From contig JALDTO010000207.1 in the NCBI GenBank assembly GCA_023515725.1, forward strand, positions 175,343 to 239,342: a stretch of DNA of 64,000 bases. The letters are read 5' to 3'. Both the position numbers and the translations under genes were made by a program. Positions 1-11,883 of this stretch are shown piece by piece. The stretch is from Amoeboaphelidium protococcarum X5. Its lineage: Eukaryota > Fungi > Aphelidiomycota. Numbering within the stretch: position 1 is the stretch's first letter; each line of letters starts with the position of its first letter. The notes beneath the pieces are model-generated. The model searched no databases, had not been told where the DNA came from, and was given only the letters and a program-made list of their open reading frames with translations.

Positions 1-974
1 TTCTTCTACTCCTTCCTCTCTTTTTTATGAATCTTCTTTACACTTTTAAACTAACCAGCTTGGTCTTGCATTCCAGAGCTAAGGTTCTACAACTGAGAAC
101 TAAATTGATTTTCATAACGAGCCAGCAATTAATCTACGTCCTCAAATGAATTGTCGCTATAATACGATTTTGTTTCTAATAGAATAAGGTAATTCTCAGC
201 TGCTCTAGATTTAACGTCTAGTTTATCGGAGCCCAAACAATCAAGATAATAGTCCAACACCTACTCAAGCGAGTCAATTCTGATAGAACCTGCTTATGGC
301 GAGCGAGGTGCAGATTCGCTCATCTTTTGCCAATAATCTGCGATTAAATGGGGAAGCGTCGCCAATATGTATCCTTCACACAAAAGAGCGGAAGCTTAAT
401 ACTAAGCAGAGTTCACGCCTAAATCCAATAATCTGCCGTAAAGTTCTTCAACATCCAGCAAATCATTTTTACACACCACAGCTGCAATAACTATACTGGT
501 TAAAGCATAAATCACATTAACATCTAGATTACTATCCTTGATGCCAGGTGATGGTTAAAAGTGCTTCTATAATGCCTTGACACTATCTTTCACCACTTCA
601 CTAGAGTCTGTGACATCATTATCGTATAATAGGAACTACGACCGACCAAGCATCTTACAAGCAAGAGTAATTTCGTTACTATCTTGACTATTTTTGACAA
701 TTCTGATCAAGGCATGCCATAAATCGCTGCACTATGTTCCATCTACGGCACCATCAGAGTAAATCGAAGGTAGGTGTTTAATTATCGATTTCAAAGCCTC
801 AACTCTGATTTAAGTTCGCTTCTCTCCAAGTAGCTAAATACTATCTTTCATATCAAATCCATTAGTCTACTCGTCACCAGATTCATATGCAGCTTCACTG
901 GTCACGGCATCGCCATCAACATCCATCGAGTCTCTGACGCTATTCTTCTCTGGCTTATTACTCTTGCGAGGCAT
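1..974 (-). CDS. IFRD (interferon-related developmental regulator) family protein, 3' end outside window
   Basis: ATG at 974: MPRKSNK..., acidic stretch, then MKDSIQLLGEKRTQIRVEALKSIIKHL, resembling the first helices of the IFRD1 domain; open with TAR=Gln. Confidence 0.6.
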
Positions 975-1264
975 TTCTCTGGATACTTTTTCAGATTATA
1001 TTTCAATTCCGACTTTAGGATAAAGAGTCAAATTCGTTATGGATATGTTTAGCTGGAGGAGAAACTAAAATTATAACAATATTCGAATACAGCGTTGTTC
1101 GAATGATGATAGTTCGCACGGTGATGAATGCTGAGTCGCTGCGATTAGCTCAACAAAGCTGAAACAATAATCGCCGATGAGTCAGTCACACTCTGGCGAC
1201 AATGGAATAGATGGCATAACTTTGAAAAAAGTTTATATTGAAATATTCGAGCGTATTACGATAT

Positions 1265-2974
1265 TCAAATATTCAAAGATCGTATAATCACAGAGAACAA
1301 GTCCTCAGGTAAGTAGTACTGAAGGATAAGAAGTTTGAGTTTGCATTGCTTGCTCAGGTCTTTCTATTCCACCTCCAATTCTTCGATTTCTAGTTATACA
1401 TTTCCCATGATTTCATCAAGCTCAACTTACTCTGTTTTGATTAACTTTTATAGACTTTAAATCTGCTTTTCTTGATCCTTAATTTAATCTAATATCGACG
1501 CGTAAGTCCGCTTCATCTAATGACCGTTCGCGAGTAACTGCTCTAAATCCAACACAGCTTGCTCTTCTTCTCTTTTAGCAGCCTAAACGTTAGCCTTCTC
1601 TTTCAGCAATTCATCGTCTAGCCTGCGAGATTCTTCAACTAAATTCTTACCTCCAACTACAATCTTAGACTAAAGATTCTGCAGCTCCTGTTCCATTGAC
1701 AGACGCTAAGTTCGCTCTTTAGTCAATATATCTCTTTTCTATTCTACAGCCTAAATTAATCTCTACTTTTCAATCTCGTTCATGCTGATATCTGATTAGA
1801 TTTCTCGCAATTATTCATTTAACTGATCTAACTGAGATTGCTCCAGTGCGCTAAGCTCTGCTTCATTGGAACTATCCATATCCGATTGAATTTACTAGAT
1901 TTGATTTTACACCTAAAGCACCATGGCATTCTAAGGCTTATCATTCACCAATGGCTTATTCTTTATTTACTTTGCACGCCAAGCATATCTTAAAGTATTC
2001 AGCGTCTCAGATAGATTGCTCTAATCTGGGCTTATGGTGGCTATCATTAATGTTTTCGAATTGCCTCCCAACGCATCTTGCAGTAGTCGCGTAAGTTTGC
2101 TATCTCTGTATGGAATATGAGGAGCACCGGATACTATTGAGCTCATGACGTGTGCGAGAGCAGTGAGCGAAAGATTAATCTTGGTAGCTTCTGCAAATCT
2201 GATACTAGTGGATTAAGTCTTCGATTAGCGCTCACTACCAGCAAGATCAACCAGGCTGAGTTTTCCCACCTTCACATTAGCTACTCCACCATTCTACGAT
2301 CTTTGACATTATTCAACAAAAACTTGAAATACAGCGTGCGATCGAGATGAGACATCATTGATGGCTGTAGCGCCTGTGGCTCTATTAGCTTGTCCTTTCT
2401 GCAGCAACGCTGTCAACTCATCATAAGATTGCACAACGACTTCAGATAGACCAACTACAGATATAGCACCATCTCTATCCTTGAGCTCTAATTTATCCAT
2501 AGATGAGCCATTTTACCTTTAATCAGAAAGCAAATCCCTCAGCTCTTCATTATAAATCTCGACAAACGATGCTCTGATTAGATACGTAACATTCCTGTCC
2601 TTTGACGACGAGATCGTATCAAAAATTCTTCTAAAACATCGAGGCATTACTCCTAACGACTCCTCCTGCTACAATTGGCCTTACATGGTAAACGTCTTGC
2701 CACTTCCAGTCTGACCATATGCAAAAATGGTTCCACTATATCCCTAGAGAACGCTATCTACAATATCTGTGCACGATTTTAAAAAGATCTCTTTCTGCTA
2801 CGAAGATTGATCGTAGCATTGATCAAATGTAAATCTCTTCTCATCAGATGTTGAAACAACAACATTGTCTTCAACTCTGATAACAGAAGATTCAGAGTGT
2901 AAATCAATCCCTTTAAGCAGTGGTCTTACACGAACAGCAACTTTAATACGCTCCCTAAAACTTTCTTTCGACAT
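1265..2974 (-). CDS. Kinesin motor protein, kinesin-2 (KIF3-like), 569 aa
   Basis: [23 protein letters not shown] (P-loop), [37 protein letters not shown]; stalk motif [15 protein letters not shown] resembles KIF3; ends at TGA 1265-1267. Confidence 0.9.
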
Positions 2975-3119
2975 CCTTATTGAGTGTTTTAATGGGTCAA
3001 TGGAGGAAAAAGTGAATAAAATATGCTGTTGTCACCATGACTACAAAGAGAATACTTTATAAATTTTAAAACAAACTCGTATTAAAACCCAGATAAGAAG
3101 AGACTTTATTACATTACTA

Positions 3120-3398
3120 TCACTTTGCTAACATCTGAGCACACTTATTCAATAGAACACTGACTTCTTCGATGTCCTTGACCACAATTTGAATGTCATC
3201 TGACATCGTTTCAGACTTGGAGTTCAACGCGTGCACGCGCTGTGCCAGATGAGTTCTGTGAGTTGCAAACAGAGCCTTGAACGCGCCCATCAACTGATCT
3301 TCAATAGATTACAACTACATCAACTATTGATTATGGAACTCTTTAATTTACTAGCCAAACTTGTGCTCAATTTCATCATTTGTATTGTTGTTATTCAT
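3120..3398 (-). CDS. Small coiled-coil hypothetical protein, 92 aa
   Basis: ATG to TGA ORF with TAR=Gln (MNNNNTNDEIEHKFGQQIKEF...CAQMLAK*); helical composition, family not recognised. Confidence 0.55.
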
Positions 3399-3507
3399 TG
3401 TAATGTATGCAGGACCACTTAATTGCAGTTGAGATGTTAGATAGAAGTTGATAAAGAGGAAAAAAGGGTGAAACAAAAAAAGAGAAATCTAAAAGTTCAT
3501 CAAAATT

Positions 3508-4551
3508 TCACTGAGCCGACTTCTTTAAACGGTCCATAACAGCAGCTCCAAGACCACGACTGCTTACAATTGGAGCATAGATAAAGTCACATCCCACTTC
3601 ATCCAAATATCGCAAAGCACGGAACAAATGCTTTGCGTATATTACGTTGTCTTTATCTGACTAAATATCATAAATGACATGCTTAGATCCATCTTTACAG
3701 TGTTCTCTGATTTCAGATTCAAGAAAGGACTCATTTAGTTATGTGAGACGTATTAAACCAATACAACGACCAGAATCATTCAATGAAAGCTCATTAAAAT
3801 CAGAATATAATCGAACACTGGCAGATGGCGCGTAATGTTTGTACTTCATACCGGGTGTAGCGGGCTTATTGGTATCAATCAGTGAATGTCTAGACGCGTC
3901 AAAATACTCTGCATTCTCGTAACCAGGTACTTTACGCAAGTCTTCAAGCGAAAGACCTCCTGGTCGCAATATCAATGGAGTACCATGGATTGTGAGTGCA
4001 TCGACAACAGTACTTTCTAATCCGACAGAACACTCTTCATCTGCATCCTGTATAATCAATGAAATCAGACCATCAAGATCATTCATAACGTATGCAGCAC
4101 GCGTAGGAGACACCTTAGTCGAGAGGTTGGCTGATGGCGCAGAGAGCGGTTTACCAACACGGCGGATAATCTCTCGCGCGATAGGATTAGCTGGACATCT
4201 TACACCGACAGTACCTTTGTCCGGGATTCTGAGTATAACAGTGAGCGGTCCTGGCCAATATTTGGATAGTAATTCCAAATACATCTGCGGTATATTGCCA
4301 TAAAATCTATACGCCATCTCAATATCACAAACGTGTTCAATCAATGGATTATCGGAAGGTCGATTCTTTACTTTGTAAATCTTTTGCACAGCCTCAGGAT
4401 TGGTCGAATCAGCAGCCAAACCGTACACTGTCTCTGTGGGAATAGCCACCAGCTCTCCCGCTTTCAGTAATTCCACAGCCTCTTTAATATTCTTATCATC
4501 TTATATATCACCCACTGATACCGATGCTATACGCGTATTATATGAATTCAT
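3508..4551 (-). CDS. SUA5: Threonylcarbamoyl-AMP synthase Sua5
   Basis: VAIPTETVYGLAA, KNRPSDNPLI, WPGPLT, APSANLS, PGMKYKHYAP and a C-terminal SUA5 domain. Confidence 0.95.
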
Positions 4552-4811
4552 ACTGTTTACTAGAATTTTCTATATCTTTTCTCTAGTTAAGTAAAATGAT
4601 CACAGGTCGGACGAAATGTCGTGAGAAGTTGTCTGAGCGCGCACGGTGATCTTTCACAGAACTTCACTGGTCGTTTCTCGCGTCAATCTCTCTCTTGTCG
4701 TCCTGTTCGTTTTGACTGGCATCTGCTTTCCTCACTTGCACTTGTATATTTGCTTTCATTAGTATCTATTGGTGGCGGCTGTCTCTTGGGAAGCCCATCT
4801 ATATTCTTATT

Positions 4812-6461
4812 ATGATATACGCTTTGCCTTCTGTTTTGTTAAGCTTGGCTGTATTAATAAGCTGCTTGTTCTCTTTGGGACATGGTAAACTGGTTACCGA
4901 GGATCAGCTGCCGTTGAGAACTAGCGGTAGATGGATCGTGGACAGTTACGGTAAGCGGGTGAAATTGGGCTGTATCAACTGGCATGGTGCTCATATGAAC
5001 ACTTATGCTCCATCTGGATTACATTTCAAGTCTAGCAAGTACATTGCTTAGAAGATTCGCTCTCTTGGCTTCAATTGCGTGAGATTGAATTGGTCTCTGG
5101 AACTGGTTCTCCGCAATCCAGTTGTGAACAGAGATGCGATCAAGGCGATGTTAGAGAGTGGAAGATTGGATCCATCAGTGCAAGATCACCACGCCTTGTC
5201 TATAATCGACGCCGTTATCTAGGATCTGGCCAGTGAATAGGTGATGGTAATTCTAGATAATCATGTCAGTGATCCCACTTGGTGTTGTGATCCCCGCGAT
5301 GCCAATGGTTTATGGTTTAATGAGAGGTATTCTGCTGAAGATTTTGAACGTGCCTGGATACTGATGGCTCAGAGATATGCTCACGAGAAGTATGTGATAG
5401 GCACTGATCTACGTAATGAAATCAGACCAGATATCCAGTTTAGTGTGAAGCCATTCCAGATACCTAAAGTTGTTGTGAAATTGCCTGGTTGGAATAGCGG
5501 TGACATTCGCGTACCTTTGAAGAGTTATGCACCTGAAATATACAATTACGATCATCCCGATCTGACTGATATTAAGAATAGAGCCTTGTTGTTCGTGTTT
5601 AAACAAGTTATCGCAGTGACGCAGGTTGAAGTTTATGACTGGCGCACTGCAGCCACGCGTGTTGGTAATTCTATCATGAAAGTGAACAAGAATGTAATGA
5701 TTATTGTCCAGGGACTGTTTGATATTAATGCATATCTTCCTAATGCTGTGCAGTTGATCTTGTATTATCTCAAGATTGATCCTGATTTGCATCGTTTGGT
5801 TGGCAAGTATTTCGATATTCCACTATCTGTGACTGAGCATGAGTAGATTCACAATCTGACTGGCATCAGAAATCATCCTATCGAGTTTGGCTAGTCGCGT
5901 TTTAACAGCAATATGGATAATCGCCTCGTTTACTCTGCTCATGTTTATCCATTTTTCTATCAAGGTAGCAGGTATAGTTGGAATGGAACTGATCCATTTT
6001 ATCAGTCTTACGCGCAGACTTTGGATACTTTTTGGGGATACATATTCAAGGAGGGCATTGCACCACTCTGGGTAGGTGAGACTGGTAATTTTGGATCTGC
6101 TCGTGGACTGGAGCCGTCGTGGTTGAATTACAACTTGAGATACTTGAGGGAGAATGATTTGGATTTTGCCTACTGGCCACTGGCTGATGCTCGACCTATA
6201 ATCGATTCTGATGGCAAGTTCAGTGCTGGTGGAGATGAATACGCTCTACTTAATCGTGATTTTAGCGATCTTCAGTACCGGCCAATGTATGAAAGTTTTA
6301 AGGACTTGTTTGAGCCAACTCAGTCTGAAGATTTGGTGGAAACAGCGAGAAGCTATGGTAGTAGCTCGGGGTTTACCTGGTTGTGGGATTTCGCTTCTGA
6401 ATAGCTTTAGCAGGTATACAAAGCATTGACTGAATAATCGAATGAATTTGTCTTTTTTTGA
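4812..6461 (+). CDS. Secreted glycoside hydrolase family 5 (endoglucanase-like), 549 aa
   Basis: Signal peptide; LRTSGRWIVD..GKRVKLGCINWHG, GFNCVRLNWS, ILDNH, WCC, DLRNE (acid/base Glu), VYSAHVY, PLWVGETG (nucleophile Glu), FAYWPL; TGA 6459-6461. Confidence 0.9.
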
Positions 6462-6632
6462 CACACTGTAGTAATAAGCATTTAAATAAATATCAGGCAG
6501 GTAAACATCATTTATTTAAACCACAACAACAATAACAATAACAACAATTACTATAACAAAACCAACTTGACTTGTATCGTAAGATTCTCTTCTCTAAACA
6601 TTAACAGCAATAAAATGTCCTCCATACGCATA

Positions 6633-8351
6633 TCATAAAATCTCGACAACATTAGTCTTGGAATCGACAAAAGGATTCTCATCAATAATGATTTCAGATT
6701 ACTTTGTTCGCTTTGGAGACACTTTAATACCGGCTTTGAGAGAGGCTGGATGGTCCAGAGATGCAGCAGATGGAGACAGAGGAGTTTTCAATGTCAATTT
6801 CTTTACTTTCGTTGATACTGAAAGTTCATCATCAACTTTAATAGACTTTTTCTCAAGTGCACCAGCTGATTACGATTTCAGTGACTTATTCTTAGTAGTT
6901 TTGTTATTGTTATTATTCTTCTTGTTGTTCTTGGGCAAAATAGTGGATGTATGCTTCTTCTTTCTTGCTTACATTGCGTGATCCAGCTCATTGACGATGG
7001 ACCAGATATGAGAGCAAATACTGTCAGCTTCACCCAGCCAGGTGACATCGAACAGATCCTTCCACTCTGCACCAATCGGTGTTTTATTTATCAACACTGT
7101 TCTGATAGGGCGTTTGGGAGGATTAATAGAAGCACGGCGATTCTTTGTACTTGCATTCAACTTGGCTCTATTCACACCTGAACCATTATGGAGATGTTAA
7201 TCATCATCATCTACGACATCATCCAAAGATTTAACTTATCGAGCAAAATCCTTAACCAAAGTCTTGATACCAGCCACTTTGAGGGTAGTGCCCATGACTA
7301 GCAGCAGATCTGGTCTCTTCTTCAGGTCAGACTCCCAACACTATCCAATAGTATCACAGGCAGAGTGATGTTCATTGTACAGAATAATATCAGGCCTCAG
7401 AATACCAATAGGAAGAGATCTCTTACTAGCCCGTTCTCTTTACTAAGAACTACTTAGACAACGTGGACAAGCAGGTGGTTCACCTCCAGAAAATATGCGT
7501 GAATGAACATCATTAAACTCTTCCCGGTGCTTACAGACGGTACACGAGACATACTACAGTGTTCCATGAAGCATAACAACATCAGACTTTTTATCTTCCA
7601 AGTCACAGGTCATAGATAGCCGCTCCTCCATGCAATCAATATTCTGAGTATAACAACGCAACAGCTTGCCTTTATCTTTAACATTCTTCAGAAATTGGTG
7701 CACTTCAGTAGGCGATGCTTTGTCCACCATCTGCTTCAATTCTGCCATAAAAGAGTAGAAAACCTTGGTGCTAGCTTCATCTTTAAACAGATGGGCATCG
7801 AATATGTCCTTACCTTTCACCGCGGCATCCGGGTACTTTTACTTCACCATATTGTACAAGCCATTCATTGAGCGAAAGTCTGGTATTCCACCACTAACAC
7901 TGATACCAGCACCGGTGACTATCACGATTCGCTTAGCCTTGTGCACAGCATGAACAACTTCATCCGCAATATTACGATGTGGATGCAGAGTAGTTGTATC
8001 AACCACATTATCATGCAGTATCATGCCCTTCTACAATGGTATTTTCGCTTTCAATCGAGAGATATCTTGCTCGCTTTGGTCTTCAAATGAACTAGAAGAG
8101 GAGGATTATGACAATGTGACTGAAGACGATGTCGTTGTGGACGACACTGCAGAGTACATTTACGATTTCTTCAACAAATGACCACCATCAACAGATAGGA
8201 TATCAACCACACTCTATTTCACAAAAGTCTAAGTCTTCTTTACAGATGCAGATTATTATTTCTTTTTATTCTACATTTTAATTTACGCAATTTCATCATT
8301 CTCCTTCTCATGGATGATAGTGGTCTGCTCCTTTTATCGACGACTTATCAT
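6633..8351 (-). CDS. NAD-dependent deacetylase, sirtuin of Hst3/Hst4 type
   Basis: TGAGISVSGGIPDFRS..GLY, YTQNIDCME, LHG, two CxxC, RPDIILYNE, PDLLLVMGTTLKV. Confidence 0.92.
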
Positions 8352-8827
8352 ACTGATGTTGCACTTAAAAAAACACTCAATCCACAACACAAATTTTAAT
8401 TATTTTATCACTGAGCAGTACACCACACGGAAATAATGCAGATGTATAGACAAACGATAAATATATGGAGTATGAGCAGTATAGTGGAATGGAGCAGTGA
8501 TGAGTTTGTTGTTTGGTGAATAAAGACGCCGAACACTTTCACCAGAAACAGAATTTCGTTTCACTTTTCTCTTTTGGATGAATGAAGAGAGAGAGAGAGA
8601 GACGCGAAACATCAAGCCCGCGAAGATTGAAGAGAGTCACCCACTGACACTGAACGACGACGGCCTGTGCACTAAAAGTCGTTTTTTGATTCCGTGTTAA
8701 CTGTGAGAGAAGGTCAACGCCGGATGTGTTATAGTATCATCGCGAGTAAAGCAAAATACAACAGAGCAATGAGAATGACACGAAAGGAAATGATAGATTC
8801 ATATCAAATATAAAAAAGCTCTCTTCT

Positions 8828-10426
8828 TCAACGCTGGTTCAAATACTCTTGCAGCTTGTCCACTCCAGACTTTGCCATCGATTTAACAGTGCCAATATCC
8901 GCTTGGGCTTGACTGACAAAAGTCTTGGCGAAATCTTTAACCAGAACATCAGCATTGCCAATAACGTCATTCAGATTATTGATCTTTGGACCATTAGACA
9001 ATTCATCTTCATCACGTCCGTAATACTGAGCACTGGAGATGGAATTCTATCCTCTGAATTGTTGCAAACGTTGCTATGACTCTGCATCGGCTGGTGCATG
9101 ATTACCACGCTCAAAATACATGTCAGATGATATAGACTTGGCGTTCTTGAATTTATTTTAAGCAGAATCAGATGACGGGACATCGTACTGAGACTGACCG
9201 ACAGAACCAAAACTTGATACAGAGCTGCGATTAGCTTACTGTTACATGGCAGCTGGATTCGCAGTCATACCGAATCCCAATTTAACTGGTTTAGGCGCTG
9301 TATTAGACTGAGACTGGGTGGATGTACTCATTCCACTGGCTTTCATCTCTTACTATCGCTAGGCCTGGGCTTAAGCCTCCTTCTCAGCCTACTCCTTCCT
9401 CATCTAAGCTTCCAGCAGACCTTATTTCTATAACTCTTCCAGTCGATTGGCCTCCTCTTTAGCCTTCTTCTCCATCTCTTCAAATGAGATTCCCTGCACC
9501 TTCTTCACACCCAACTTGCCCTTCTTCTTAGTAGTGGTGATAGCAGAGCTAGATGAAGCACTTTGAGATTAACCTTGTATAATGTTCATACCAGCACTAA
9601 CATCATCATTACTAGTCTTTTCCACAGGACTGGTGGCTGACAACATCTTCTTCATATTCTACTACTACTGATCGTCTTCAGCATGGACAAGCCTCATTCG
9701 TTACTCCACTTCTTATTACGCAACTACAGGCTATTACTGCTATTGCTACTACTATGATTAACCACCGCCAAATGCTGACAAAGATGGTGTGCTGTTTATA
9801 GAGCGCTAAGGAGAACTATTCCACTTGGCATCGTCAAAGAAATCGTCATCATTAGCTCCGTCACCTGCGGAAGAAGATCCTGCACCATCCTTATTATTAC
9901 TATCACTAGAATCAAGCACTTGGACAGCAGCCACCGCCATCATTCCAGACTAACCAGAAGCAGCAGAGTCTGACGGCTTCTCTGCTAGAACGACGCCATT
10001 AAGACTAATAGAATGTGGGAAATTGGCAGAATCATCTTTCACCATCTATTGCAACTTCTCCTTGTACATCTGTGCTCCCTATGACTCGTATCGACTCTTG
10101 GCATCCAATCCCCCATCCGGTTAGATTCCATACTTTTAAAAATGTTTATACGCCGCATCATTTCCGCCAACTTTCAGTGCCCTCAATTAATCCCAAGTCC
10201 ACTGATCCAAGTTTAGACTTCTTACAAAAGACAGGTGTACTCCGAGATTACGATGGACACTAGAGCAGTTGAGGCACAGGTAGATGCCATATGTCACACT
10301 AGACCAAGTTGGATTCTTGCTCTTACAGTCAAAGCACACTTAATTCGCCGGAGAGGTGGCCTGCAGCTTCTTGATAATTTCAATAGCAATCTGCTTTGAA
10401 GCAACCTATTTATTATTATTGTTCAT
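8828..10426 (-). CDS. GLO3: ArfGAP of Glo3/ARFGAP2-3 type
   Basis: [40 protein letters not shown]; two C-terminal ISS (Glo3 motif) repeats, e.g. ISSAQYYG. Confidence 0.9.
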
Positions 10427-10807
10427 AATTCTAAACTTTCCAATTTTATATCGAGAGAAGAATTACAGTACAGTACAGTAGTCCCGTTGAAGGAAAAGAA
10501 GTGAGAGAGAGCCGAGCCTTTCCTGTCCAAACCGACCAAAGTCTATTTTGTTTCGACTCACCGACAACTGGAGAAGAAAAGAGGCTATTGTGAATATCCT
10601 TCTCACTAAATTTTAATCGTTGATATGCAACAATAATGATGATGTAATTAAAGAAAGTATTTATGTGCTTGAAACTATCATCTGAATTATTATAAAGAGT
10701 TGGAAAGATGCGGAACCTCAATATTCTGTGTTATTAAAAGAGTCAATTTTACAGCAGAGAAATGACGCGACAAAATATGTTTAAAAAACTCAATTAAATC
10801 ATCCTAG

Positions 10808-11461
10808 TCAAATGTCATCGTCGTTCAGGAAAGAGGCCGGGATGGTCACTTTTTCACCTTGTTTGAAAGCAGGCATACCAGCATACGGACATGAGGCACA
10901 TCTAAACGCGTCACCGAGATAACAACTACCACATGATGACTTAAATGCAGGATCAACTACTTTTGGGACGGAGGCAGCTGATGGTTGTTCTGATGTTTTC
11001 TTTGATAGATTCAATTCCTCTTCAGCACGTCCACAAGTGCAATCTTTACAAGCCTTCTTCTTGGTCTCACAATTGGCTCTGAGTGAATCCGCGGATGGCT
11101 TTACGTAATCAGCTTCATCAATTAGCGCGCTTTCGTCAATTAAATCATCATCATTATTATCCTCTGCAATAGGCTTCGACTCTGCTTGCTTCTTTGCCAA
11201 TTTCAGAGGTCTTGCTCCACCTTACGTGACCTTAGAGCGGGTAGCGGTTACCGTAGTCTGATCTTTGCCTGTACTGTCGGCTGATTGTACATTCTAAAAT
11301 CCATTAAAAAGCAACTCTTGCTTCAATGCACTGACATTTGAGGACTAGACGAGTATAGAGATGGACTAGCCAGGAGCAACAGTCTACGATTATTATAAAT
11401 TTTTCACAAAGAGCCCGATGTCTTCATCAACACTAATTACCAACTATTTCTATTCACCCAT
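10808..11461 (-). CDS. DRE2: Fe-S cluster assembly protein Dre2/anamorsin
   Basis: [15 protein letters not shown] and [27 protein letters not shown] motifs. Confidence 0.95.
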
Positions 11462-11563
11462 ATTTTATATGATTTATCTGTTGCGTAATTTTAAATTGGC
11501 TCTTGAAGGAAGAAAAGAGAAAACTCTTGAATCAAATCCGCGATCACGCGATCGAAATTCGTG

Positions 11564-11589
11564 GAAGAGATTGGTTGAAGAGATTGGTT
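11564..11589. promoter_or_regulatory. Tandem 13-bp direct repeat GAAGAGATTGGTT x2, each containing ATTGG (CCAAT box)
   Basis: Seen directly in the divergent DRE2/SCC3 intergenic region. Confidence 0.4.
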
Positions 11590-11883
11590 GAGAACAAGAT
11601 TTGTTTGAGCTATGATGACTTAGTGTGGCAAAGTCTTCACAACTAGAGTTGCGAAATGTGAAACAATACGCTTAGGTGTTTTCTCATATGGAAATTGATT
11701 TTGATTAAGAACGAATGGTAAAGCAGAATTATTTCCCGTTTCAGAAGAGTTTTCCATCACGCGCTTTCGTTTCAAGTGTAATCTCGCTCTCTCTTCTCTC
11801 TTTTATCCTTTCAACGTGTCTCAACATTTGAATTGATACGCGAAAACGTTGTTTAAACCACAGATACTATTGTTATTTAGAAC

